From Candidatus Eiseniibacteriota bacterium (GTDB taxonomy: Bacteria; Eisenbacteria; RBG-16-71-46; CAIMUX01; VGJL01), in the NCBI GenBank assembly GCA_963792585.1, contig CAWBWI010000006.1, positions 864,001 to 928,000 of the forward strand: a stretch of 64,000 nt of DNA, written 5' to 3'. The notes beneath the pieces are model-generated. The model searched no databases and was not told where the DNA came from. It saw only the letters and a list, made by a program, of their open reading frames with translations. Position 1 is the stretch's first letter. Each line of letters opens with the position of its first letter. Shown here in pieces: positions 1 through 9,675 of the stretch. Both the position numbers and the translations under genes were made by a program.

Positions 1-1433
1 GCCCGGGTGAGAGCCTGCGGTCCGCCAAGCTTCATCACGATCACGGTTCGCCCCTCCGCGGTTCCCACGAGCAGGACGTCGCGCGTCTCCTCCCGCAACT
101 CCCGGAGCCGATCGGTCAACAGGGGAAGCTCCGTTTCGAGCGCTGACAACTGATCGGTCTGCCCGGAACCGACGGCCACGATCAGCGTCGCGCCCTGCTC
201 GCGAACGTAGCCGAGGGCCCCCTCCCCGTCCGCGGGCTCGGAGGAATAGATGCTCGAGATGCGGAATTGTCTGCGCATCGCGTCGCGGACTTCCGCGGAG
301 CGCATCGTCTCCCCGTCCGTGAGGAGGACGATCTCGCGGAACAGGGCATCGAACTGGAACGGCGCATCCGGGAATTTCGCCTGGAAAATCTCAACGCTCT
401 GCCGGGCAAACGCCCGGTCGAGCGTCCTCCCCTGCGTGAGGTAGTCCGTCACCAGCGGGGAAATCGCTTTGGCGAACCCGTCGATCGCCGCATCCGCATA
501 CCACTGGGTCTCGTCCCGATGTCCCGTCACCTGCTCGAAGCCCCACCCGTTTCCGACGGCCGTGGCGAGGGCTTCGTTGATCAGGGAGTGGGCGACTTTG
601 GAGTGCGGCGTGCCGATGTCTGCATAGAATGACTCGAATTCCCTCTGGAATGCCGCGGACTGAGACTCGTACAGTGAGTGGCACATCTCGTGAAACATCA
701 CTGCGAACCGACCGGGAAGGTCCTCCTCGTCGAGGAGCACTGCGACCGTTTCCAGGCTACCCACGGATTCGGCGCTGGTGCTCCCCTGCTTCGCCGGGAT
801 TGGGTAGAGCGCGACGGTGAAGGGCAGGTCTCGCGGCCAGGCGGCCCCATAGAAAAGCGCGGCCGCATCGAACATCACGTCGAGTTGCGCCTCGGGGGCG
901 ATCCGTTGGAACCGCGCAACGTAGTCGACGAGCTTTGTCTCGTTGGATCTCCAGATCAGGGAATCGTAGATCGCCTCGAACGACGAGAGGATCTCGAAGT
1001 AGCGGTCCTGCTGGGCAAGAGGCAGGAGACCCTGCGTCGTCCTCCGCAGTTCGGTCAGATCGCGGGCATCCAGGGTGCGCCACGTGAACAGCTGTTCGAG
1101 CGTGGCGCCGTTGGGACGACCCGACGGGAATCCCTCGAAATCCACCCCCTGCTGCAGATTGCGGTGGATCGCCTTGAACTCGGCGATCCGCGCCTGGGTC
1201 TCCGGCGTGTTGTAGGGACTCGCGCGGAAGATGTCGCCGAGAACGCGCGGGCGGCTCGGAACATCCGCGATCGTGGTGGCGAACATGAAGAGACCGAAGA
1301 TGCGGCCCGTGCGGTATTCGACGCGGACTGCCGCCAGAGAGGGAATCGAAAGGACGCCGAGGAGGCATGCGAGAATGAATGTCGAGGCGACGCGGCACGC
1401 GCCGCGCCGCGGGCCCGATGGATGTCCATCCAC
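1..1433 (-). CDS. Secreted putative zinc metallopeptidase (gluzincin-like), 3' end runs off the window
   Basis: Hand translation from GTG at 1433 gives a signal-like segment (VASTFILACLLGVLSIPSLAA), then HEMCH (HExxH, about 678-692) and a downstream NEALAT third-ligand motif. It is absent from the ORF track, consistent with the frame continuing past the left edge. Confidence 0.7.
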   Translation of the reverse strand, partial: MDGHPSGPRRGACRVASTFILACLLGVLSIPSLAAVRVEYRTGRIFGLFMFATTIADVPSRPRVLGDIFRASPYNTPETQARIAEFKAIHRNLQQGVDFEGFPSGRPNGATLEQLFTWRTLDARDLTELRRTTQGLLPLAQQDRYFEILSSFEAIYDSLIWRSNETKLVDYVARFQRIAPEAQLDVMFDAAALFYGAAWPRDLPFTVALYPIPAKQGSTSAESVGSLETVAVLLDEEDLPGRFAVMFHEMCHSLYESQSAAFQREFESFYADIGTPHSKVAHSLINEALATAVGNGWGFEQVTGHRDETQWYADAAIDGFAKAISPLVTDYLTQGRTLDRAFARQSVEIFQAKFPDAPFQFDALFREIVLLTDGETMRSAEVRDAMRRQFRISSIYSSEPADGEGALGYVREQGATLIVAVGSGQTDQLSALETELPLLTDRLRELREETRDVLLVGTAEGRTVIVMKLGGPQALTR

Positions 1434-1449
1434 ACAGGCCGCCGTCTGC

Positions 1450-1908
1450 TCAGCCACGTCCCTTTCTCCCGCCCCGGATTTCCTTGGCTCTCCGAATGTA
1501 CTCCTCCATCGGAAGCGTCGCGATCGCCCGGCCGATCACGTCGAGGGGAAGATCCTCCGCCGTCTTGAATCGCACACACGACTTCCCGGCATCGAGACGT
1601 TTGCCGCTCGTCTTGAAGTCGGCTTCGAATTTCTCACGCGCCGGGCCGTCCATGTAGATCGCCATGAGGTAGACGGAGTTGTAGTTCTTCTGCGCCCCGA
1701 GGGCCGCATACAGGAGCGGCTGGCCGTTGTAGGTGTCCGGATAGGCTTCCAGTGGGACGTAGTAGCCGATGAGCCCGAACGACACCCCCTCCTCGTAGCC
1801 CTTCGGCAGATGTTTGCGGATCGTCTTGCGCACGGTCTCGATTGCCTTGCGGCGGTCCTCGGGCAGCGCGGCGAGGTACTCTGCCACCGTCATTGCGTCG
1901 CTCTTCAT
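1450..1908 (-). CDS. DUF1801 (YdhG-like) protein
   Basis: MKSDAMTVAEYLAALPEDRRKAIETVRKTIRKHLPKGYEE...YVPLEAYPDTYNGQPL...GKSCVRFK is typical of the family. An AGGAG RBS precedes the ATG at 1908. Confidence 0.85.
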   Translation of the reverse strand: MKSDAMTVAEYLAALPEDRRKAIETVRKTIRKHLPKGYEEGVSFGLIGYYVPLEAYPDTYNGQPLLYAALGAQKNYNSVYLMAIYMDGPAREKFEADFKTSGKRLDAGKSCVRFKTAEDLPLDVIGRAIATLPMEEYIRRAKEIRGGRKGRG

Positions 1909-1915
1909 GGGTCTC

Positions 1916-4909
1916 CTATTGCAGTACGACCAGCTTGGCCGTGCGGATCTCACCGGCCGCGGCAAGCCTGCACAAGTACAATCCCGATGCAGCGGTCCGG
2001 GCATCCCACACGGCGGTGTGCCATCCCGCCGTCTGGACGCCGTCGGCGATGCGGGCCACGCGCCTCCCGGTCACGTCGAAGACTTCCAGGCGCACTTGGC
2101 CGGCCCGGGGCAGGAGATACTCGATCGTGGCGGTGCTCCGCGTGGGATTCGGCCTGCCTCCGCGAAGCTCGATCTCCGGCCGTCGTCCGAACGCATCGTC
2201 GGACACGAGGGATGGCGAGGGTTCCGCACGGACGTCTTCCCACCGGACGACCGCGTTCGCCGACGCCGCTGTGAAACGGACCTGGATGTAGCGAATGTTG
2301 CTCGGATAGGGAAGAGCGAGCGGCAGGTCGGCCGCCTGCCAGGGTTCCCACTCGATCAAGCGAACGTCGTCGAACCAAGCATAGTTCTCACCGGACTCGG
2401 GCTTGTCCATGTGCGGACGCAAATTGAAGAAGTGGGCCGATTCGGTCGCTACGAAGTCGCTCCAGAGATACGTCCAGTCGGCCGTGCCGCTGATCGGCGC
2501 CCCCGCCTCCTGCGACGCAAGGAGCTGTCCCCCCCGGCTGGCGAAGACCCTCGCGAGGATCCCCGCGGAGACCGCGCTCTGCGTCTTCACCCATCCGCAC
2601 ACCGAAAAGTCGGTTCCGCCGAGGGCGGCGGGGTAGCCGTCGAGATCCGTCTGGACCGGCCCGGTGTTGTTCGAGGTGCGGTGCTGTCGGAGCGAACGCA
2701 CGCCGGAGTGTGCGGTCGTGGCGTCGTAGACCTCATCGGCGCTGTTGAGATTCCAGAAGGTGGCCCCTTCTTGCTCCATGCTCCCATGCCAGAGGATCTC
2801 GCGGCCGACACGAACCTCCGCGAGGCCCGCACCTTCGACCGCCGTGACGCGAGAGAGCGTCCCGAGCCCCTCCCTCTCGATCGGGATCGAGACGTAACGG
2901 CCCTCGATCTGGCTGAGCGGAACGGTCGCCTCGTGCGCTTCGGGCGTCCAGACGATGCTTTCCGGATGAAGCTGAATCGTCCCCATCATCGCCTCGGGAT
3001 CGACGGTGACGATGGTGTTCAGTTCGCGCGAGTAGTCTGCTTGCCTGTCGAGAATCTCCCTCCCCAGTCGACCCGACGCGGGTTGGGGGATCTTTTCATC
3101 GATGAAGGCGGGTCGGAATGTGAAAGAGCGGAATCCGCTCTTCGTGAACTCCGAGTTCAGCACGAGGGTCGGCATCGTCTCGGCAAAGGACTGATCGAAG
3201 ACGAAGTTGCCGAGGGAGTGCGCGATCAGGACCCCGTAGTAGACCTCGAATCCCTGCAGTACATGGGGATGGTGGGCGATCACGAGATCCGCCCCCTCGT
3301 CGACAGCCCGCCATTTGAGTTGCCGGTCCGTGAAGGATGGGCGGGTCGGGAAGCGGACGTCCATCATACCGGGCACCGGTCCCTCGGCGTCGAGAGCCGC
3401 CTCGAGGGCGGCCGGGTCGACATCCCTCTTTCCCGGATCGATGGCGTACTCGATCCCGGCATGGAGCTGCACGACGGTGAGATCCGCCAGCGGCTTGGTG
3501 GCCGCGATCGAGATCCCGAGTTGCGGCTCGATCAGGTAGGCGAATCCGAGCTTGTTCATCGCGGCGTCCAGGAACGGCTGATAGTTGTACTCGCGCCCGG
3601 TTCGGTTACACATCCCCAGGAATGCGATCGACGTCCCCCGCTCGGTCCAGTACGTCGGCGTGAACGCCTGGTATTCATCCAGCCCGGCGCCGGTCCAGCG
3701 GATCCGGGCACCGTCGAGCGTCTCGATCGTCTCCTCGAGCCCGCGCCGCATGTAGTCGGCCGCGTGGTTGTTCCCGAGGGAGACGACGTCGATGCCGGCA
3801 TAGACGAGGCCGGCCACGTTCGACGGCCTCGCCCGGAAGACGATCGACTTCGTCGGGTGCCGTTCCCCCTCGTCCGTGAAGGGCATCTCGTTGTTGCAGA
3901 CGCTGATGTCGGCCGCATCGCCGTAGATCGGCTTCGTTGGAATGAACATCCACTCCGGTCCATGCTGATCGATCAGGCCACCGGGTTCGTCGTAGGCGCG
4001 GGCGAGCATCACGTCGCCCACGAAGTTCATCTTCACGGGCGGATCGAAGCCGCCCGGGTCAACACGCACCTCCAAGGTGTCGTGACCCCACATCCCGCTC
4101 TCGTCGCGCACATCGAGCGACACGGTGTATGTATGGTCCGACGTGACGATGAAATCGTGGCTCGGGTCCTGCAGGTTGCTGAAGGTGCTGTCGCCGAAAT
4201 CCCACGAATAGGTCCACTGCTGGCTGTCCGGGTCATCGACCTGTGCGTGGAAGTTCACGGAGACCCGCCAGAGGCCCGCGCGCACAGATTGAACATTCTG
4301 CCGACCCTGCACGATCTCGACTCCAGGAGCCACGGGCAGGTCGGAGGTCACGTCGACGATATCGTCGAAGAGGACGATCCCCTTGAGCCCCGCATCTCGA
4401 TCGTTGAGGTAGATCAGGCGGGAGACGCTGGGGTAGTAGCCGTATCGCGCATACCAATCGCGCCCCACGGGCAGCAGGTACTCGTTCCAGACGCCGGTCT
4501 CGAACGCGCCCTGGTACGAGACGTCCCAATCGCTCCCCGACTGGAGCTGGGTGCCCGCGAATGCGTAGAAGAGCCGGTTCACGCCGTCGTCGATGCCGAA
4601 GCCCTGGATCTCACCGAGCTCCTCGATGTATGCGGCAACGCCCCAAACCGTCCCCGCCTCGATCGGGTAGGCGACGATCGGTTGGGCTTTCCAGGTATTG
4701 CCGAACAGGCGCAACGAGTAGTTCGAATCGTTGTGGGAGTTCGCGTGGGTGAGGCTCCAGTCGTTCGGATCGATGTCCTGGTCCTCGTAGGACTCGAGAA
4801 CGACCTGACCCGACTCGAAATCGGCAAGGACGACACCCCGAACCGCCTGGGCGGAAGCGGTGGAAGCCAGGAGCGCGACCAGACAGGCGGCAAGTGCGAA
4901 CCGGAGCAT
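1916..4909 (-). CDS. capA: CapA/PgsA-family (poly-gamma-glutamate) metallophosphoesterase-fold protein with signal peptide, PKD domain, CBM-like module and FlgD/T9SS-like C-terminal domain
   Basis: CapA motifs VGDVML, NNEMP, SLGNNHAADY, LHAGIEY, AHHPHVLQG, HSLGNFVF. PKD signature YSWDFGD...DPSHDF. C-terminus PNP..ATIEY.L...LEVFDVTGRRV...G.H...WD...SGLY..RL...KLVVLQ. Confidence 0.85.
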   Translation of the reverse strand: MLRFALAACLVALLASTASAQAVRGVVLADFESGQVVLESYEDQDIDPNDWSLTHANSHNDSNYSLRLFGNTWKAQPIVAYPIEAGTVWGVAAYIEELGEIQGFGIDDGVNRLFYAFAGTQLQSGSDWDVSYQGAFETGVWNEYLLPVGRDWYARYGYYPSVSRLIYLNDRDAGLKGIVLFDDIVDVTSDLPVAPGVEIVQGRQNVQSVRAGLWRVSVNFHAQVDDPDSQQWTYSWDFGDSTFSNLQDPSHDFIVTSDHTYTVSLDVRDESGMWGHDTLEVRVDPGGFDPPVKMNFVGDVMLARAYDEPGGLIDQHGPEWMFIPTKPIYGDAADISVCNNEMPFTDEGERHPTKSIVFRARPSNVAGLVYAGIDVVSLGNNHAADYMRRGLEETIETLDGARIRWTGAGLDEYQAFTPTYWTERGTSIAFLGMCNRTGREYNYQPFLDAAMNKLGFAYLIEPQLGISIAATKPLADLTVVQLHAGIEYAIDPGKRDVDPAALEAALDAEGPVPGMMDVRFPTRPSFTDRQLKWRAVDEGADLVIAHHPHVLQGFEVYYGVLIAHSLGNFVFDQSFAETMPTLVLNSEFTKSGFRSFTFRPAFIDEKIPQPASGRLGREILDRQADYSRELNTIVTVDPEAMMGTIQLHPESIVWTPEAHEATVPLSQIEGRYVSIPIEREGLGTLSRVTAVEGAGLAEVRVGREILWHGSMEQEGATFWNLNSADEVYDATTAHSGVRSLRQHRTSNNTGPVQTDLDGYPAALGGTDFSVCGWVKTQSAVSAGILARVFASRGGQLLASQEAGAPISGTADWTYLWSDFVATESAHFFNLRPHMDKPESGENYAWFDDVRLIEWEPWQAADLPLALPYPSNIRYIQVRFTAASANAVVRWEDVRAEPSPSLVSDDAFGRRPEIELRGGRPNPTRSTATIEYLLPRAGQVRLEVFDVTGRRVARIADGVQTAGWHTAVWDARTAASGLYLCRLAAAGEIRTAKLVVLQ

Positions 4910-4957
4910 CCCTCAGTCCTCCTAACATACGATGCGGCGCATGAATGCGACCCCACG

Positions 4958-4966
4958 ATCATACCA
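4958..4966 (-). promoter_or_regulatory. Extended -10 promoter (TGGTATGAT) for capA
   Basis: TGnTATGAT on the minus strand about 50 nt upstream of the capA start. Confidence 0.5.
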
Positions 4967-4983
4967 CGCCGAGGGCTCCCCCC

Positions 4984-5012
4984 TTGCCCCCATCCCGCCG
5001 AAGACGTACACT
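4984..5012 (+). promoter_or_regulatory. Sigma70-type promoter for the Ntn-hydrolase gene, back-to-back with the capA promoter
   Basis: TTGCCC-N17-TACACT. Confidence 0.55.
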
Positions 5013-5052
5013 GAATGGGCGCGAAACCGGCCGATCCGAGGAGAGCAACCCC

Positions 5053-6639
5053 ATGCAGCGAGCCGTATTCCGCCTACCGCTGTCCTCCCTTCTCCGAGGG
5101 TTCCGCCACACCGTGGCCTTGGGGCTGGCTCTTTCGACCATGGCCGGCCTGTTCCCGCGAACGGCCTCGGGGCTCCCACCCGAGGGATCCCCGGACGCCG
5201 AGGAGTGCACGATCGCGGTCATGGCCGGCAGGGCGACGCCCGACGGCCGTCCAATCCTCTGGAAGAACCGGGATGCGGCCTACCTCAATAATGAGGTCTC
5301 GTATTTCACCGACGGAGCCTACCGCTACGTTGCCCTGATCAACGCGGGGGACCCCGGCAACGCGTGGATCGGCGTGAACGAGCGGGGCTTTGCGATTCTG
5401 AACGCCCTCTCCTACAACCTTCCCGACAACTTCCAGGGCGGGATCACCAACGGCATGTTGATGAAGCGGGCGCTGCAAACATGCGCCTCGGTCGGTGACT
5501 TCAAGAAGCTCATGATCCAGACCAACACGACCGGCCGCGAGAATCCCGCGAATCTGGCCGTGATCGACGCGATGGGCGGGGCGGAGATCTACGAGGCCGG
5601 AAATCTCAGCTTCACCCGGTTCGATGTCGCCAATCCCCAGGTCGCTCCCATGGGCTTCCTGGTCCGCACCAACTTCTCGATGTCCGCCGATACGACAACC
5701 TCGGACACCTGGCGCTACAATCGCTGTCGCCGCCTCATCAAGGACGCCGTCGCGGATTCGAGCGCCGGCGTTTCGTTCATGCTCCAAAAGGTCGCTCGCG
5801 ACCTGCGCGCCGTCGACCTGGACCCCTATCCCCTGCCCTTCGAGGGTGCGCCCCCGGGATGGCCCTCGGCATTCGGCTACGTCAACACCTCGAACACCAT
5901 CAACCGGCGCACAACGGTGGCGGGCGGCGCGATCCACGGTGTCGCCCCGGGAGAAGATCCGCTCCTCTCGACCTTCTGGGCGGTTCTGGGACAACCGGTC
6001 CTCTCGATTCCGGTCCCGGTCTGGGTCGCGGGCGGGACCACGCCCGCCGAGCTGGACGGTCCGTACACGGCGCCTTTCTGCGACGCGTCGATAGAGCGTT
6101 TTCAGGCGGCCTACGACTACATGTATTCGAGTTCGCTCCTGAACACCCGGGACATCGTCAACGAGACACGCCTGGGCTTCCTCACCCAATGCGAGCGGAT
6201 CGAGCGCTGGCTCCTTCCGGAGGTGCGGCGGACCGTCGAAACCTGGCGGGTGAACGGCGTGGACCCCACAGCGGTGGCCGCCTACGAGCATGCGATCTCC
6301 ACGGACGCCTATGCGCGTTACACCAACCCCGACTGGCGGATACCGGTGATCTACGCCGGAGGGGGAACCCGGTGGCGGGCGACCCCGAATCCGATGCGGG
6401 CGGACGTCGAGATTCACTATGAACTGCCCGACGACCCGCCGTCGGTCTGGACCGTGGATCTGTTCGACGCGACGGGTCGCCGGATTCGACGGCTCACGTC
6501 CTGCGACGCATCCCGGATCGGGACCCTCGATTGGGACGGTTGTGACGGAGAGGGCTCCCGTGTGGTCACGGGGGTCTACTTCCTCAAACCGAGCTGGCCG
6601 GCCGGCGCGGAAGGGACATCCCTCGTCGTGGTTCGATAG
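5053..6639 (+). CDS. Secreted Cys-nucleophile Ntn-hydrolase (peptidase C45/C69-like) with FlgD/T9SS-like C-terminal domain
   Basis: Signal peptide, then EE|CTIAVMAGRATPDGRPILWKNRD (autoprocessing Cys plus KNRD), GVNERGFAILN and VRTN. C-terminal PNP...DLFDATGRRIRRL...WDG...G..V.TGVYF. Confidence 0.8.
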   Translation: MQRAVFRLPLSSLLRGFRHTVALGLALSTMAGLFPRTASGLPPEGSPDAEECTIAVMAGRATPDGRPILWKNRDAAYLNNEVSYFTDGAYRYVALINAGDPGNAWIGVNERGFAILNALSYNLPDNFQGGITNGMLMKRALQTCASVGDFKKLMIQTNTTGRENPANLAVIDAMGGAEIYEAGNLSFTRFDVANPQVAPMGFLVRTNFSMSADTTTSDTWRYNRCRRLIKDAVADSSAGVSFMLQKVARDLRAVDLDPYPLPFEGAPPGWPSAFGYVNTSNTINRRTTVAGGAIHGVAPGEDPLLSTFWAVLGQPVLSIPVPVWVAGGTTPAELDGPYTAPFCDASIERFQAAYDYMYSSSLLNTRDIVNETRLGFLTQCERIERWLLPEVRRTVETWRVNGVDPTAVAAYEHAISTDAYARYTNPDWRIPVIYAGGGTRWRATPNPMRADVEIHYELPDDPPSVWTVDLFDATGRRIRRLTSCDASRIGTLDWDGCDGEGSRVVTGVYFLKPSWPAGAEGTSLVVVR

Positions 6640-6748
6640 GCGCGCCCGCGGCGCGGGGGGCTTCCTTTCATCCGCTTTCGGCATTTTCCTCCGGCATCCC
6701 GGCGGTCGGGTGCGCGGAATCGCCTCATTTCCAGGCTTTCCGCCGCCC

Positions 6749-6777
6749 TTGGCGGCCGACGCCCCGCGGGGTATGAT
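6749..6777 (+). promoter_or_regulatory. Sigma70-type promoter of the pgsBCW operon
   Basis: TTGGCG-N17-TATGAT about 110 nt upstream of pgsB. Confidence 0.55.
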
Positions 6778-6884
6778 TGAGTGGGTTTCTTCCGCGGGCC
6801 CGACACGAGGGCGGGGTGGCCTACGAGGGGCGCCGGGATACCGCGCGAAGATGGGGGTTGCCGCTCGACTGACTCCGCGGAGGC

Positions 6885-8056
6885 GTGGTGGCGATTCTGG
6901 TTCTGTTGCTGCTGTTCGTACTCGCGCTGTGGATCCGCGAAGCGTGGATTCACCGGCGCGCGCTCCGTTCCATCCCCATCCGGGTGCATGTGAACGGTAG
7001 CCGCGGCAAATCATCGGTCGTCCGGCTTGTCGCGGCCGCCATGCGGGAGGGAGGCGTGCGGACCGTCGCCAAGACGACGGGATCGAAGGCGCGCTTCATC
7101 CACACCGACGGCAGTGAGAACGCCCGTGATCCGCCTGAGCACACCGAACATCTGCGAGCAGATCGGCATTCTCGAGAACGGCCCGCATGGAACGGGCGCA
7201 GGCGATCGTCATGGAGTGCATGGCGGTCCGCCCCGATCTGCAGAAGATCTGCGAAGCGCACATCATGCACTCGACGATCGGCGTGATCACCAACATCCGC
7301 CCCGACCACCTCGACGTCATGGGGCCGACGGTGGCCGACGTGGCCGTCGCCCTCTCCTCGACCGTTCCCCGCGGCGGAACGACGGTGATCGGTGACGCGC
7401 GTTACACGATCCAGATGCAGAGGGTGGCGGACGAGCGCGGCTCGAAACTGCTCGTCGCCAAACCGGAGGATGTCCCCGAGGGGGCGATGGAGGGGTTCGC
7501 CTACTTCGAACACGAAGAGAACGTCGCGACCGCCCTTCAGGTGACGCGGACCCTCGGGATTCCCGACGTGGTCGCGATGAAAGGTATGTACAAGGCGATC
7601 CCGGACGTCGGCGCCTGCACTTGTCTGGCGACTTCCCCACAAGGGCAAGTGATCGAGTTCGTTAACATCTTCGCCGCCAACGACCTGGAATCGACGATCA
7701 CCATCTGGCAGCGGCTGGGGCTGGGGAATCCGAGTGAAGTGCCGACTTCGCGCTCATCAACCTTCGCGCGGACAGGGTCGATCGCTCGCTCCAGTACGCC
7801 GAGGCGGTAGAGGTCGGCCTTCACGCAGACGACTACGTCCTCATCGGAGGCGTGCCCGAGAGCGTCCAGAGACGATTCGAGAAAGCGGTGCCGGCCGGGC
7901 GCCTGACCGTCATCGGCAACGCCGAGCCGCGGTCATCTTCGATCGGATCGCGGAGATGGTGTCCGACCGCGCGCGCGTCGGGGGCATCGGCAACATCGGC
8001 GGATCGGGCATCAGATCCTCGCACACGTCACGAAGCATGGAGGTCCATCATGCTGA
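6885..8056 (+). CDS. pgsB: Poly-gamma-glutamate synthase PgsB/CapB, split by about 5 frameshifts (probably sequencing indels)
   Basis: Consecutive fragments in different frames: IPIRVHVNGSRGKSSV.RL..A...GG..TVAKTTG; PNICEQ; IVMECMAVRP; ITNIRPDHLDVMGPT; NIFAAND; INLRADRVDRS; GIGNIGG. Shifts near 7120, 7180, 7740, 7930 and 8005. Confidence 0.85.
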
Positions 8057-8503
8057 TCGCCGAAGCGATCGGCCTGGGTCTCGTCGCGAGCCTGCTCTTC
8101 ACCGAGGCGATCGGCTTCGCGGCGGGCGGGTTCGTCGTCCCGGGCTACATCGCTCTCTATCTCGACCGGCCGTACCAGTTGCTCGGAACGGTGCTCGCCG
8201 CGCTCGCTCACCTACGGTTGCCTGAAGCTCGCCAGTCGGCTCCTGCTGATCTACGGCCGCCGCACGCTGGTGCTCGCCGTGCTGCTCGGCTTCATCTTCG
8301 GACGCGCTGACCACGCACATTCCGAGCTTCGGTCTCGGCATCGGTCGAGCGGGGCGTTGACAGCGATCGGCTTCATCATCCCCGGTTTGCTCGCCTACTG
8401 GATGACCCGCCAGGGGATCATCCAGACCCTCGCGGCGATGGGCGTCGCATCGGTCCTGGTCCGGCTCGCGCTGATCATCCTCCATGGAGGCTGCCCTCCT
8501 TGA
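8050..8503 (+). CDS. pgsC: Poly-gamma-glutamate biosynthesis membrane protein PgsC/CapC (frameshifted near 8210)
   Basis: AIGLGLVASLLFTEAIGFAAGGFVVPGYIALYL, then in a shifted frame LIYGRR and IGFIIPGLLAYWMTRQG, which are CapC hallmark motifs. Confidence 0.85.
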
Positions 8504-9673
8504 AACACGCCTTCTCTAGCGCCACGGCATGGACCCGACGCGCCGACCTCTTCCTGGTGGCGCTCGCGGTGCTGGGCATCGGCTTCCACATCCTCTCGGA
8601 GGTGACGCGGCGGCTTGCCCCCCAGGACTACCTCCAGGAGAAGATGATGGCGGCGACCGAAGCCGTCCGCTGCTTCGAGGCGGTCCGCGAAGCCCGCGTC
8701 GGGACTCCGGGCGACGCTCGACAAGGAGAACGACCCGGGGGCGAGCGGGCTGATCGGCCAGGAGTTCACCCTGATCACGACCGACCGCGGCGTCCTCGAC
8801 TCCAAGCTCACGACGACAAACCCCAACTTCGCGGCCGTCTTCGTGCAGTACTTCCACGACCTGAACCTGAAGCCCGGCGACCCGGTCGCGATTGCGATGA
8901 CCGGATCCTTCCCGGCATTGAATATCTCCATACTCGCCGCCGCGGAGACGATGAAACTGAAGCCGCTCGTGGTCACCTCCGTCGGCGCGAGCATGTGGGG
9001 CGCGAACGATCCCAGCTTCACTTGGCTCGACATGGAGAAGCTGCTGACCGAGAAGGGCCTCCTCCACACGCGCAGCCTTGCGGCGTCGGTGGGGGGCAGC
9101 AACGACCGGGGCAGGGGGTTGAGCCCCGAAGGGCGCCGCCTGCTGCGTGAATCGATCGCGCGCAACGACATCCCGCTGATCTCCGAGCCGACGCTCGATC
9201 AGTCGGCCGAGAAGCGCGTCCAGATCTTCAACGAGGCCGCCGGCGCCAGGGGTGTCCGCGCGTACGTGAACATCGGAGGCGGCTCGGCGAGCGTGGGGAA
9301 TGCGCAGAGCGCAAACCTGATTCCTCCCGGGATCAATACCGCGCTCAAGCCGTACAACTGGACGCAACGCGGCGCGCTCCACCACTACGCCTCCAAGCGC
9401 GTCCCCATCGTCCACCTGCTCAATATCGAGGAGATCGCCTCCGCTGCCGGGCTGCCGCTCACTCCCGAGTCGATCCCGCCGGTCGGCGAAGGCGACATCT
9501 TCTATCGCGAGGCATACGACCTCCGGGTCACGGTCCCCACATTCCTGATCTACCTAGTGCTCTGCTTCGGCGTGCTGCGGGCACGGAACCATGCCGCACG
9601 CGCCGCGCGAGAGGTCGCCACTCCGTTGCCGATCCCCGGTATCACCGGGCAACCGGCCGGTGAAAGGAGTTGA
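8500..9673 (+). CDS. pgsW: Poly-gamma-glutamate system protein (PgsW-type), frameshift near 8715
   Basis: N-terminal TM, then DP..SGLIGQEFTLITTD.G.L.SKLTTTNPNFAA, GDPVAIAMTGSFPALN, SVGASMWGANDP, YVNIGGG and a C-terminal TM. Lies directly after pgsC. Confidence 0.8.
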
Positions 9674-9675
9674 GG

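Noticed and set aside
1814..5014. 1066-aa plus-strand ORF (and similar long ORFs such as 5074..7014, 13077..15131, 15969..17348, 20293..22011, 23176..25119)
   Set aside because: Antisense shadows of real high-GC genes; no motifs or recognisable domains
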